A stretch of DNA of 56,146 nt, filler included, from Squatina squatina (lineage: Eukaryota): the NCBI GenBank assembly GCA_031763465.1. It is 3 parts of 3 records of this genome, joined end to end, with 100 filler letters (N's around TTAATTAATTAA, not from the genome) between each part and the next. Parts side by side here need not be neighbours in the genome. Positions count along the whole stretch, not along the records: positions 1 to 16,304 come from JARFOE010000001.1; positions 16,405 to 37,250 come from JARFOE010000013.1; 1 more part is not named here. The stretch is one strand, 5' to 3'. The stretch's first letter is position 1. Every line of letters begins with the position of its first letter. A program made the translations under genes and the position numbers. This document shows positions 11,994-24,912 of this stretch, in pieces. The notes below the pieces were generated by a model that saw only the letters and a program-made list of their open reading frames with translations, made no database searches and was not told where the DNA came from.

Positions 11994-12140
11994 CTAAGAG
12001 ATAGGAAGGTGTTGCTTCAGGATTTCTTTTGTTGTTGGAGGCATTTTGTCAGGAAATTTTATCTGAAACTCTGCTATATAGTCACCGCGTTGAGTAGGAG
12101 TCTTAGGAAACGGTAAACCCTCACCTCTCAGCCTCTTAAC
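11994..12140 (-). CDS. DNAJB5: DnaJ homolog subfamily B member 5, terminal coding exon (5' part missing)
   Basis: Translates VKRLRGEGLPFPKTPTQRGDYIAEFQIKFPDKMPPTTKEILKQHLPIS* (human VKRLRGEGLPFPKVPTQRGDLIVEFKVRFPDRLTPQTRQILKQHLPCS). Homology stops at 12140, with an in-frame TAA at 12152-12150. Confidence 0.9.
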   Translation of the reverse strand, partial: VKRLRGEGLPFPKTPTQRGDYIAEFQIKFPDKMPPTTKEILKQHLPIS

Positions 12141-12639
12141 ATCAGCACTTTAATATCACGTGTTTTCAATATTCCTGCCTATTTTGTGGTACATTGTTTT
12201 GATCCCAAACTGGCATTGCTGAGTGGAATGCTGCTCAGTGCAAACCATCAAATTAAACAACTGAACCATTCAGATAGTAATGTGTAGTTAGGAGTACAGA
12301 TTACTGGTATCCTAATTTCTTCCATGGGAATTATCCTCCAATTGTACAACAACCTCATATAATTTTTGATGATTTCATCCATTGGGATGCATTGCCACTT
12401 TCAGAAAGTGCTTGTAGACATGAGATTTTTAATATATTGTGGATGTGTTAAAGGATTTCATGTGATATTGCACATTCCAGCAATATGTTACTCTCCGCTT
12501 CTTACTGTGAAAATGCCTGGGCGAACACCACTCCATAATTTAACATTTGACAAATTAAAAGGATGCTAAGGAAGTTAAGAAATAGTTCTGTGACCTCAAA
12601 AGAATGGGATTTAAAAGATGACCCTGATTAAAAAAAAAT

Positions 12640-13060
12640 ACAGGGCAAATTGCGCAGAGCAGACTCATCTGTGCATATCTGAGCTGTCTGGTTTGGCTTT
12701 TGTGACTGAATTGATCAGATTGAATGGATGGTAGACAGAAAACACTATGGGCGCCCAATTCGTGGTTTTTTTTTGGCAGTAAAATGGTGTTAAATGGGCG
12801 CAAAGTGCTTAATGCCAACTTATAGCGTTACGCTTTTTGGTGCGAAATTCATCTCCCGTTAATGCCGGCGCTAAACGGGCGCTAACCGCTTTAGGCCACA
12901 ATCGTAAATTTTATCATTAGATTGTCCCCATGACATTATCAGTGGGCGCAATGCCCAAAATGGATGACTGCCATAGAATTCAACAAGGCTACAGTGCCTT
13001 AACTTTAGCAGTGTCAATGCCCTCTTTTTTGGGCGTTGACATACCTCAACTTTGAACTTT
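12640..13060. mobile_element. GC-rich interspersed repeat (MITE-like)
   Basis: Abrupt CpG-rich block with repeated gggcgc motifs inside an AT-rich intron. Confidence 0.45.
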
Positions 13061-13229
13061 GAGCATTAAAGAAAGCTCTGGAACTGGGCTTCATTCTAAC
13101 TTTGTCTCCCGGCTCCATCTCGATCAAATNNNNNNNNNNNNNNNNNNNNNNNNNNNNNNNNNNNNNNNNNNNNNNNNNNNNNNNNNNNNNNNNNNNNNNN
13201 NNNNNNNNNNNNNNNNNNNNNNNNNNNNN

Positions 13230-13430
13230 TTCTGTCTGCGCCAGAGGCCTTGTCGTCTTTCAGCTCCTGGATGCCCTTTTCAACCTCAAGTAGGGCAGGG
13301 GTTGTGCTGAGATAGTGGCGGGTAGGATACTGTGGGATGGAATCAAAGGCTCTGACGTCGAGGACCGAATTTTGGTTGAGGAGTTTCTTAAAGTGCTCCC
13401 GGGGTGCTGTGCCGGCGCTCAGCTGGCGTG
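13230..13430 (-). mobile_element. RTE-clade LINE ORF fragment
   Basis: REHFKKLLNQNSVLDVRAFDSIPQYPTRHYLSTTPALLEVEKGIQELKDDKASGADR resembles the pre-RT linker of RTE elements (EHF..LLN...EV.KAI..LK..KA.G.D). Confidence 0.8.
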
Positions 13431-13465
13431 GGGCCAGGTGCATGGCAGCGTGGCGCTGATGATGT

Positions 13466-13959
13466 CAGTCCCAAGCTGCCGAGGCCAGAGCGCCGCGGTA
13501 CGCTGACGTCATCGGTAGCCCCAACCCCTCCCTTAAAAGGGAAGGGCCGCCAGCTGCCTCAACAATGCCACTGAGCCACCAGAGAGACCACTGACCTGGC
13601 CACCAGCCAAGTAGATCAGTAGGCTTGTTGGGCAAGGGGCTGGCGGCCCGGTCGCCATCAGTCAGCTGACAATTCAAGATGACGGCCGCTAGCGCTCTGG
13701 CCCTCTCCTTTAAGGGGCGCAGGCAGCGGCAGCAAAAGCTGTCACTGTCACCGGAGCAGCAGCCCGTGTGACCCTCGGAGTAATTTCACCTGCGGTGCTC
13801 CAGCCGGCAGGAGGGGTAACGGTGCGGCGCAAAAGGTTCAGCGCGCGATTTGTATGACGCCACGCCCCAACTGGTCGTGAAATTTCCTGGGCGAGATACA
13901 AAGGCATTTGTGGCTCGTCGACCCCCCCGGGAATTTCCCGGGAGGAGATGGCCTCCTCC
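13466..13959. mobile_element. GC-rich non-autonomous DNA element
   Basis: 13870-13959 is the reverse-complement homologue of 45814-45900 (ggccatctc..gggaaattccc..cctttg..ggaatttc). Confidence 0.65.
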
Positions 13960-14340
13960 NNNNNNNNNNAATTAGCTGCTAAAATTAACAGACATTCAAG
14001 GTCAGCAGGAATTTCTTAGTGACAAAAATGAATTCCACAGAATAAAATGCTTTTCTGGTTTTGCTAACTTCTGCAGAAACAATAGTCAATGTCATCATCC
14101 TTGTGTTTTTCTCTGCAAATTGAATGTTTAAAAATGAAGTTGCATAGAATTTAGGGCTTTATACTATGCAGGAATAGAAGCTCACATATAGCAAATATTT
14201 GTGTGTGAACACCACATGTTTTTCCTAGGACCAAAGCTTTGCTTTACTCTTGTGTGTGGGTATTGTGCAACAGAAAATAATTTACATCTCAGCCTCTAAG
14301 TTTCCAGTTAGGTTTAAAAAAAATGCTTGTTTGTACCTAC

Positions 14341-14951
14341 CTCTCTAAGAGTGATCTTGGCTACATAAACAACGTTGGATCCATCTCTCTTGAAATGAAG
14401 ATGAGGCTTGTCTTTCAGAATAAAGACAATATCAGCTGGGATGTTGGTTGCCGTTTCATCACCTTCCCTGGGGAACGTGATTTTTGTGCCCTCCTTCCAA
14501 CCTCTTTTAATAACAACATTCAGAATCTTGTCCTCAGTCCTTGTGGTTCGGCCATCTGGGTTCAACCGTCTGCGTGTGATCTTCATTCGTTTAGTACAAC
14601 CATGATAGATTTCTTCAAGAGATACTCTAAGTTCATGAATTACAGGCGGATCCTGTACCTTTCTTCGAGTATGGAGGGACTCTGGATGCCGTCGGTTAAA
14701 TCCATTCATTCCATTGAAACCAAAACGGTTAAATGCATTGAAGGGATCATGGTCATCGTCGTCATCATCAATGTCCATGTCTTCATGACCAAAGCCATTA
14801 GCCATTCTGGAGCGTCCTTGAGTACCAAAGAAAATATCAAAAGGACTGGATCCACCAAAGAAAGAAGCAAAGGTAGCATGTGGATCACCATGGAAAGTGT
14901 AGTGGAACGTGTTACCAGGGCCACCAGTAGAGGCTCCTCCAGCCTTCAGAC
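14341..14951 (-). CDS. DNAJB5: DnaJ homolog subfamily B member 5, central exon (G/F-rich region and C-terminal domain)
   Basis: Acceptor tttcatag at 14953-14952, donor gtaggt at 14340; 611 nt. Translates (G)LKAGGASTGGPGNTFHYTFHGDPHATFASFFGGSSPFDIFF...RRKVQDPPVIHELRVSLEEIYHGCTKRMKITRRRLNPDGRT..KITLRE. Diagnostic DNAJB5 residues, and convergent with VCP as in human 9p13. Confidence 0.97.
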
Positions 14952-15207
14952 CTATGAAATAAATAAAAAATTAGACACAATTTGCAAAAATCATCCATAG
15001 AATGCTGCTTTGCCCCATATCAAGCCACATATCAGTACTGAATCAGAATGGAGGAGTAGATGATGCATTTGTGCAGTTTTTCTAGTATCAACGTCTACAA
15101 TGATGGAACAAGCTTATTATGCATACACAGGGTCATGGAGCAATACAGAAAATAGCAGACCTCATCTGATAGGAAAACTATAGTGTAATGTCCTATGATT
15201 AAGATTT

Positions 15208-15279
15208 CATAGAAACATAGAAAATAGGTGCAGGAGTAGGCCATTAGGCCCTTTGAGCCTGCACCGCCATTCAATATGA
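15208..15279 (-). mobile_element. CR1 LINE 3' tail
   Basis: catagaaacatagaaaataggtgcaggagtaggccatt..gagcctgcaccgccattcaat. Confidence 0.85.
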
Positions 15280-16304
15280 NNNNNNNNNNNNNNNNNNNNN
15301 NNNNNNNNNNNNNNNNNNNNNNNNNNNNNNNNNNNNNNNNNNNNNNNNNNNNNNNNNNNNNNNNNNNNNNNNNNNNNNNGTACCTTTATACCGTAAATTG
15401 ACAATTATGATTCAGATCTTAAGGACACAAAGGAGTAAAAGACCACAATGTAGTTTATATACAGCAAAATCTCAGAAGAACACTGCTCAAAGATAAAATT
15501 GCACTTGATAAACTGATTACTGTCCGTGTAGAGCTTAGTATATATATCACAACTTCATAAGAATCAAAAATGCTTGAATATTTTACAGCAAGAACCAGTT
15601 TAGATGCACTATATTGCATGTTTCAAGTATTACTGGAATCTTATTTGACACACTTCAAACACCAGTCTGGTGGTACACTTCCACTAAATTACTACCAATG
15701 TCAAAAACTTGACTAAGTTGAATGTCTGATGAGTGTGAACAATCCTTCACATTCTGAAAGGTACCATTGATTCCACTCAAACTTCAATTTTATTCACTTT
15801 TATAAAGTGCACAGCATTACATCACTAATAGCAGCATCCAATATGTGCTTTCAATAACTTGAGTCATACATGAATTAAATAACTTGGGAGCAGTTCTGTC
15901 ATTTAAACAGAATTTTAGCGAGAACTAGATATTTTTAAACATATGTTGGTGACAAAGTTATGAAAATACTTGCTTATATTCATTGGTTTGGTAGGGAATG
16001 TTGTCAGGACTGTAGCTGCATGAGCATCCAGTTCCTGTAACAGTGGTTAAATTTATTCTACTTCTAAGAGACCTTTATGAGCAATAGATCTAGTTTCCCT
16101 GCTGAATAAACATGGTAAGTCCACTGTTTGCACCTGCACATTCTTTATTTATGTAACAATGAAAGTCTTTAATTTTACAAGTGTAACTGTTGTGAACTTG
16201 AAGATTATATGGCACCTAGGAATACACAACTTGTTTTGTGAAATAACCTTGGCACCACCAGTTGGCTAATTTAAAAGAAATGAAAAGATACATTACACGG
16301 TTAA

Positions 16305-16404
16305 NNNNNNNNNNNNNNNNNNNNNNNNNNNNNNNNNNNNNNNNNNNNTTAATTAATTAANNNNNNNNNNNNNNNNNNNNNNNNNNNNNNNNNNNNNNNN
16401 NNNN
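16305..16404. other. Artificial contig-join linker
   Basis: Exactly 44 N + TTAATTAATTAA (stop codons in all six frames) + 44 N. Confidence 0.95.
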
Positions 16405-18564
16405 GACAGACAATGTTGTGGAGGTGGTTTTGGTGACTTTGGGTGACTGAAATGAGCAACTTTTCAATTTCTCAGTGCTGACATTTCTCACCTTGGTGAG
16501 TATAACAATAAAAATGAATGAATAGATTGTTCTCTCACTAGACACACAATACTGGCCTGCCACCTCCTACGGCACACCAGCAATGGTGGAGAATTCTTTG
16601 CTAACTGACTGAATTTTGAGAAATGAAGCAATCCTCTGCGAACCACCCTAAAAATAACAATTTGATTTAAGTAAATATATTCAAAGCTTGATTTACTGCC
16701 CTGGTCAAAGAAACCAAGTTGCTTCTTAAAAGGATAAAAATGGACCATTAGCAATCATGTCAGAATTTCCATTATGCAAATACAATGAAGTTGTCCAAGT
16801 TTTCTTTGTCGAAGAGAAGTGCTGACACTCTGCTTATGACAGAATAACTTGAGGTAATTTTTCCCAGAATCCAGTGTAAGGAAGGTGATAATGGAACACA
16901 TCTGCTTTGTCCATCTGCTGTCTACAGATGTCCCCTGTGGGATGTTGATGAACTGAAGCATCTTCAGCTGCGATTGGTTATGTGCAAATGTGTTGCGTGA
17001 GTACGTTATCAATACAGATTATATGAAGAAGACACCTGAAAATCCTGCTGCTTTTACATAATTAACATTAAATAGTAGGAGCAATTTCTTGCAAGGCTTC
17101 ATAAAAATTCTTCACGGAGAAAGAAAGAAATCAGAAGCCTTTTGTTTGCCGCCTTATTTGAAGATTTGTTCCAAAGCAAACATTATGTGATAATGAAGCT
17201 ATTTCTGCCTGGCATTTCCACAGCTCCTCCTAATACCCTAATTTACACTGTCACTTCCATCCAGATTGAAACTAGCATCTCTACAGATTTAACACATCTC
17301 AAGCAATAACATTGCTCTGAATTGCATGCCCAAGCTCCGAGCAGTACTAAAAGCTCCCAAATGTTCGATATAAGCATCCTTAATGTTACCCTGAGTTCAT
17401 AAAATGCTTTTAAATGAGACCACCTCCAAAAGTTGATTTCAGCGTAGTATAAGGATTCATCAGTTGCGAGGTAACTGCTAGCTAACATCTCCAAATCTTC
17501 TTAATGAAGTGAGCATTTGTTGTGTGCAGACTGAAGGTAGGTTCATACTAAATTCACCCTGGGTACATTTAATATGATTTGGAAGTGAGAAGCAATTCAG
17601 ACAGTGAATTGATGGATTGTTGCAGTATTTGACATTATGACAAGTTTGATGTTGTGAATGTGAGTATGCTTATATGGAGCTCTCGACATCTCTGTCCCAT
17701 CACCACCAGTGCCAGCAGCAGAAATTCCTGGTCTTTTGAATTTCTACAGCACTTTCATGGAATTGGAAACTGAAAGCTGTGTGAAATTGGNNNNNNNNNN
17801 NNNNNNNNNNNNNNNNNNNNNNNNNNNNNNNNNNNNNNNNNNNNNNNNNNNNNNNNNNNNNNNNNNNNNNNNNNNNNNNNNNNNNNNNNNGTTGAAGAAG
17901 CTCATTTATTACTTTACCCAGAAAAAGTGCTCAGAATAATTTTAGTTTTGTTTTTCTTGCAGTGTTCAGGCCTCATCGTGTATTTCCTATTTTTAAAATT
18001 ATGGTTTATTGAATTATTTCTACTTACTGACTCTAATTTATTTGTTTTAATTAATGTCTTGAAAATCTCTTTCTTTCCTCGCCCCTGAAGCAACTATATA
18101 GTGAAAACTGTAAGTTAGAGATATATGCTTTACTTACCATCGCCAGTTAAAATGCATCTAATCAGCTCCCCTAACTGTATTTTAATGGATTAATTTCCAG
18201 TTGGAATACCAAGGCTGCTGAAGGTGGCAAGTTAGAAAATGGAGGCAGTCTGACTATATTATAGGCTCCATTGACTCTACTTGGAAATGATTAAAATTAA
18301 AGATTAATTTAAAAATTAAACTGATCTTAGGACAATAAAAAAAGAATCATGAGCTGTAGGAAGCATGAAATAATATATAGATCACTCCTCCTAATGCTGA
18401 ACAGTGCCAGTATGTTTTGTGTACCTTTTATGTGCCAAATTCTGTTTTAAACCAGGAAACACATAGTGAGTAAGACATTGCTAGATAAATGAGTGAATAT
18501 TCCCATAGAATGAAAGGGGTCAATTTCAACGTGCAGGTTAAATTATGGAAAAATGTGAGTGCAT

Positions 18565-18665
18565 TTAACTCCAACGCACTCCTGGCTGGCCTCCCATGTT
18601 CTCCCCAACATAAACTTGAGGTCATCCAAAACTCGGCTGCCTGTGTCCTAACTCGCACCAAGTCC
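18565..18665 (+). mobile_element. L2-clade LINE ORF2 fragment
   Basis: NSNALLAGLPCSPQHKLEVIQNSAACVLTRTKS, a typical L2 post-RT motif. Confidence 0.88.
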
Positions 18666-21638
18666 NNNNNNNNNNNNNNNNNNNNNNNNNNNNNNNNNNN
18701 NNNNNNNNNNNNNNNNNNNNNNNNNNNNNNNNNNNNNNNNNNNNNNNNNNNNNNNNNNNNNNNNNGTCATACCCATTTGTCAAGTAAGCTGAATATTAAA
18801 TCGATAAATGTCATCAAGGCAAGTTTCCTACTTTCATACTTTTCCATAGTTGTCATCAAAAATATGAATTCACCTCATTAAATAACATATGAGATATAAA
18901 TATATGATGAAATATGTTGGGCCAGCTGGTACAGTTTGTGTGCTAAGGGAAAGTAGGATAATATTATCTCCACAACTCTGTGGCAAGCCCATCTATTTCA
19001 TTAGTGCTTTCCAATATATTTCTAGATGACAAAACACATTGAATAATACCTCTGACTGGTAATGAACACAGAATGCTTGCTACAACTGTTTGGTCCCTTC
19101 TTGAAATTCATCGAAAAACAAAATTACTTCAGTTTAACTCGAAATGCATTCTTATATTTACTATCAATCATTGTCATACTGGTAGACAATAATATGCTCC
19201 GATGTTCTCATCCATTGGATACTATTGCATCACAAATAATGCTTGTGCTTTGTCTTTAATAAATTTTATTAATGAAAATCTAGAAATACGTCTGAACAGT
19301 TATCACTGCAGCACTTATTTGTACTGCTACTACATTACAAGGCCGAGTAGCAAAGATGGAGCTGATAAAATGGAGTTTTGGAAGCAGGATGTTCTGAGAA
19401 CTCATCCTGCTCCAAATCACTTTGCGGGTAATGTTAACTTTGTGTGATCATGTACAACAGCCANNNNNNNNNNNNNNNNNNNNNNNNNNNNNNNNNNNNN
19501 NNNNNNNNNNNNNNNNNNNNNNNNNNNNNNNNNNNNNNNNNNNNNNNNNNNNNNNNNNNNNNNAAAGAAAAGGAGAAATCAACTGCTAGATAATAATGGT
19601 TTTGAAAAGGAGATAGAAGGAACTTTAAGATTACTAGACCTTATAAAATACAGTTCAGAAGTCATGGAGTTGAGGAATCTGCAAGCATCTCTAAAGCTGC
19701 AGCCCACGGCCAACAAATCTGAGCACGCTTTTTGGAAACGTGTTAGTGAGATTTAGCAGCACGTCAGTCATTTCCTTCTAACAAATGAAAGGAAGTTGTA
19801 CAGTGATGAGCCTTATGAATGACACACACCTGGTCAGTTCTCTCATAAACAGCATCATTATCAGTATCTCGCTTCCTTCCACTGGTTGCATTTCCTCAAG
19901 ATATTTCCTGCTCTCAGCAGTATTTTTAAGCTAGCTAGCTTGACTAGACACTTTAATTAACACATTCACATTGTGATGCAAACCATCCTCTCCCCACCTC
20001 TGGTTTTGGAAATAGCAACAAAAAATTCACACATTAAAATAAATTTGCATATCTTAAAAACCACAACCCAAAGCCACTCAAATTTAATTAAAGCTTCTGC
20101 CAATACAAATCTCACTACACTATTTCAAATCACTTTGGCCATCTGTTTAACAGGACAAATTGTGTGGCGAACCTCCTCCCATTTGTTTACAAACAAATGA
20201 ACCTTACTTGACATAAAATTGAACCACATTAGTGTGTGTCATGTTGAAAAGGCTGAATGATACTTTTCCCATTGCATACATAGGCTCACAAGAGAGTTTT
20301 TATGAAGAGAGTAGCCCTTCAGATGTAATTGACTTGATAAAAAACTTGTTTGTAACACTCTCGGACATAGAGGCTGATGGNNNNNNNNNNNNNNNNNNNN
20401 NNNNNNNNNNNNNNNNNNNNNNNNNNNNNNNNNNNNNNNNNNNNNNNNNNNNNNNNNNNNNNNNNNNNNNNNNNNNNNNNATAGGATAGAGTAGATGCTA
20501 CAACACCACCCGTTCTCTAATTTCCTCCTGAAAATTGACCAAAAAGCCTGATGCAGCTGTCCACAACCAAGGAAAATAAACAACAGAGGATGTAAGAGAG
20601 CACAGCACAAAAATGTCATTACATTAGACAGCAGGCCTAAGAAGTACACTTGGCTGTTAACTGACTTGAATGTTCAGTAATGAGAAAAAACCATCTTTCA
20701 CATCTGCTGCATGTTTAAGGCTTTTAACCAGTAATGGGTAGCCAAGGCTGGAGAACTCTGGAAATGTGTGTCCATTCAGCAGTGTCGCTGACTTGAATGG
20801 AGCACTTATCTCACATGCTTTATTGCTTGACAGTTTGTTGATTGCTTGCACAAAACGACAACCTATAAGGGCAATTTGCTGCGATCACTCCATATTCATT
20901 TGCTGTGACTAATGCCCTGAATCCTTTTTGCCAGTTAGGAAGTACAAACAAAAGCTGCTCCGAACTAGACAAGTACAGTTAATTAGATTGATAGCCCTTA
21001 AATTCAACAGCACGCTGTAACACATATATATGACCAGAAGGGATGAAGATGGAGATGGCACTGTAAAACATATGGCTCTATTGCAGCTGTACAAAGAAGA
21101 TTCTGATAACATCTCTAATGCACCCTGAATTGCTTTTAATGGCAGGAGTGCTGCTGGAGGCAACTCTGTGGAATAAACAACCAAAGTGGGAAACATTTAA
21201 TTTTGACAGCAGCACAGTATAGGCGATAATGGGTTGGCCTCTCATTAGGCATGCTCCTTTTTTCTTTCCATTGAGATCAGTTGAGTATAACGGGTGTCCC
21301 AAGTCCCAACCCCTAACACTCATGCCTCATCCCGCCAAAGTTGAATTTTAAGCCCTGAAGTTCTTGCCACTTGGAAGAACACTGCGATGGGTACCCTCAC
21401 AAGGATGTTTGTCGAAGGCTAATGATGCCTAAATCTGGCTCGCCAAACTGGCTTCCATTGACCAATTTAGATTGTATTAGTATTAACACTAATAACCTCT
21501 CATTAGGATACATATGAGTCACTGAGTGAATTAATTACACCTTTATTGTAAAATTATTAAAGAAGCATCTAGATAATTAAGTCTTGAACTAACATTTGTT
21601 TTATTAACCTCAGGATCATAATCAGCAGTATTTAAACT

Positions 21639-22121
21639 GGCTGGAATTTTGATGTTTAGACCCGCTGGGGAGCTGGGGTCCATAGAGCATGGGGAAATTC
21701 CGGTTCTCCCCGCACGCTGTGGAGTTTTAACAGGCTGGCCTCCAGTCAGGTGGGAAACGCTGGACAAGAGGCCGCAGCCCCAGGTAGATGTGAGCCCCGA
21801 GACCTGGGGTGGGGTGTTGCAATCCCAACCCTGGGGTGAGTGACGGGAGTTGGGGAGGGTGGGGGCAGGAGGAAGCACCCCTGCTCCTCCCGGCCCACAA
21901 CGCTTGCTCCCTGTGGCTGAGGCTCCCTCATTGCAGCGACCAGGAATCCTGAGCCCCGGGATCCCTGGCCACCTGCAGTAAAACCTGCAACAGGTTAAAG
22001 TAGAGGCTTCAGGCCTGATTATAATATGTAAATGGCCAACCGGCTTCTTGGCAGCGGGTTGGCAGCCTGGCCCCCAGTCCCGACAGAGTGAAAGGTGAAC
22101 GTGGGCAGGTTGAGGTTCACA
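21639..22121. mobile_element. GC-rich terminal region of a Harbinger-type element
   Basis: Begins GGCTGGAATTTT, then a GC-rich block; lies next to the Myb/SANT relic. Confidence 0.5.
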
Positions 22122-22414
22122 NNNNNNNNNNNNNNNNNNNNNNNNNNNNNNNNNNNNNNNNNNNNNNNNNNNNNNNNNNNNNNNNNNNNNNNNNNNNNNN
22201 NNNNNNNNNNNNNNNNNNNNNTAGCAGAACTCATTGTCGCGGGTAATGTGAGTTCTCTCAGTAGTTTGGGTATAACATGGTGGATTATTGTTTCCAGAGA
22301 ATCCCTGCAAATATGTCAGTAATCCTTCCACCCAGGTAATGATAGCAAGAGGACCTGAGAGGCAAGGAAGTGAATCATGCTAATATCATTTCAACAGGAT
22401 GTGCTTTCACTGAC

Positions 22415-22615
22415 TTTAGTGAACCTTGAGAGGTCACTCAACCTCTTCCTACTCTTTGTGACAGATCTTGGGGGTTGTGGTCACACTGCCTCTGTCATTT
22501 CCTTGTATAAAGCCTGCACCAGGCTCGTATGGAGCCTTCTGCCCTCCGTCGTTTGGCGTCCTTCTTTTGGACTTTATGTCTGCAAGTTGGACATCAACCC
22601 TTCTTGTTTGTAATC
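22415..22615 (-). pseudogene. Harbinger-type Myb/SANT-like DNA-binding gene relic
   Basis: Frameshifted translation TNKK/VDVQLADIKSKRRT..TEGRRLHTSLVQALYKEMTEAV*..PRSVTKSRKRLSDLSRFTK, followed by a donor-like gtcagt. Resembles the NAIF1/MSANTD trihelix motif (..R...CRKR..DL). Confidence 0.6.
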
Positions 22616-23848
22616 ACCCTCCCCGACAAGGTGTCTCCTTCCCCCAATGTGCTGCTGCTTCCCTACCAAAAAAAGAGTGCCCCGTTAATCAACTGTAGCA
22701 TGTTAAAATGAATTTAGCTCTTTCTCAGTGGTGGTAAACCAATAGGCAGTGGTGTTACTACTATATACCAATGCACAGTAACTACCAAGGACCACCTCAG
22801 GAGGTTACCAGCAGTGTAATGTGGTGAGCTGCCTCGGCAATAGCCCACCAATGGGAATAGAATCCAATCCCCCGGCCTCCTAGCTTGGCAATCATAAGGG
22901 CTTATGGATTAACTAATGCAGAAAGGCAAGGGTATTCATTCCCGGTCATCTGTATGGCAAAAAGTGACCCGTGGGAAATTATGAGATAGTCCAGTGTCAA
23001 TAAGTTATTCAGCAAGTGGGGATAATTGATTGATAGACATTTATACCTTCTTTCAGTATAACATTGATGGCAAATTAATGCATGCAGTTTATTGGATTTA
23101 CACACAAAAAAATCAAGATTATCCAACATCTGGTCCATCCCATCTATTGTACCTGCCAAACCCTTATGCAATAGAAAAACATTAAGGGTAGTGGAAACAA
23201 AATGTTCCTCTTAAATACTTTAATCTTCCTTGTAGTAAAATCACTCCTGCTCCTGGGAAATGCGTAGATATTACAGATAGTTCTCTTGAGTAAAACATAG
23301 ATAGGGGATGGTATTAACCCTACTCGCTGAGCAGAAACCTGGTGGGTGGGCAGGTTAAATCACCCTGTCTCTGACCTGTCCGAAAGCTGCGATGATTTCA
23401 ACATCTGCAATTTTAACTTGCTCTGCTGAGCAGGCAGCAAGGAGATGTACCCAGAACCATTCTTTACATGTGTATGTTGTGGCCTAATGGGATCATTGAG
23501 ACCCAACTGCAATTTTAACTAAAGCCTGAGTGNNNNNNNNNNNNNNNNNNNNNNNNNNNNNNNNNNNNNNNNNNNNNNNNNNNNNNNNNNNNNNNNNNNN
23601 NNNNNNNNNNNNNNNNNNNNNNNNNNNNNNNNACATCCCAGAAACAATGGAAATTATGCCCACCTAGAATTCCTGGCCTGGACCCTTGTAGAACATGGCA
23701 AGATATATAAAGAGATCGCTTCCTCATAACGGGGACCAATTGGGCTGACAATTTGTCAGTGCATCCCAGGAACTAGTCAGTGCCTGAACTCCACACAATG
23801 CCATGTTTTCCTTTCCATCCCCCCAATTGGGCGCCCAGGCTGTGTCCG

Positions 23849-24495
23849 ATAGGAATGGGAGGAGGCCATTCAGCCCTTTGAGCCTGTTCCGCCATTTTAT
23901 TAGCTCATGACTGATCCGTACCTTATCTCCATTTACCCGCCTTTGCTCCAAATCCCTTCATACCCTTACCCAATAAAAATCTAGCAAGAATGTTAATTCG
24001 CCCCCGGCATCCACAGCCTTTTGTGGGGGAGAGTCCCAGATTTTCACTGCTCTTTGTGTGAAGAAGTGCTTCGTGTTTTCACTCCTGGATGGCCTGGCTC
24101 TAATTTGGAGATTGCGCCCCCTTGTTCTGGAATCCTCCATCAGAGCTAAGAGTTTCTCTGCATCTACTCCATCAAACATTTTAAACACCTCGATTAGATC
24201 ACCTCTTAACCATCTAAACTCAAGGGAATACAAGCTAGGTTCATGCAACCTGTCCTGCTAATTTAACCCTTAAGCCCCGGTATCATTCTGGTGAATCTAC
24301 GCTGCTTCCCCTCCAAGGCCGATATATCCTTCCTGAAGTGCGGACACAGTGACTCCAGATACGGTCTGACCAAGGCGATGTACAAGTGAAGCATCACTTC
24401 CAGAATTTAGAATTCCAACTCCCATGAGAAAAAGTACAACGTTCCATTAGCCTTTTCGATTACTTTTTGGACCTGTCCACTAGCTTTTAGCGAGA
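23849..24495 (-). mobile_element. CR1 LINE 3' portion
   Basis: LYSLEFRWLRGDLIEVFKMFDGVDAEKLLALMEDSRTRGRNLQIRARPSRSENTKHFFTQR plus the 3' tail (gggctgaatggcctcct). Confidence 0.92.
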
Positions 24496-24912
24496 GTGCT
24501 CGGCCACAATGAAAACGAAGGACATTCCTCCTGACTCCAACTACTTTGGCAGGGGGCAGGAGGCAGGGGTCAGTGCTAGAGCCTGTTGGTGGTCAGATCC
24601 CGGCACTTTCACTGGGATCAAGGGCCTGTGGTGAAGGGCTTGATCACACTGTGCTGCTTGACTGTTTTAGATTGCTTGACTTTCTTCAAGACACATGCTT
24701 TATATGTCTAGGATACTTGGGCTTGGCCTACTCAAGTGGGACGTTAAAAAAGAAAACCTTCCATATTCCGCATTGTTGCAAGCATTTCAATGACAGCATA
24801 TGAAGCATTTTTTCCAAATGTATTGGCTACGTCAGAGGAGGAATTCATGAGGGGTTGCTCGATGCAGGTGCAGCAACACCTGAGGTACTTGTCTGCACCA
24901 GCCACCAGTCAC

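Noticed and set aside
12300-12400. Peptides IPMDEIIKN and WRIIPM as the missing DNAJB5 segment
   Set aside because: They are in the wrong order, have no ALCGC motif or splice sites, and are best explained as chance similarity.
14323-15000. 225-aa plus-strand ORF
   Set aside because: It is the antisense shadow of the DNAJB5 exon and has no recognisable domain.
21543-22331. 262-aa minus-strand ORF as a gene
   Set aside because: It spans a gap and GC-rich transposon sequence, and shows no protein-family signal.
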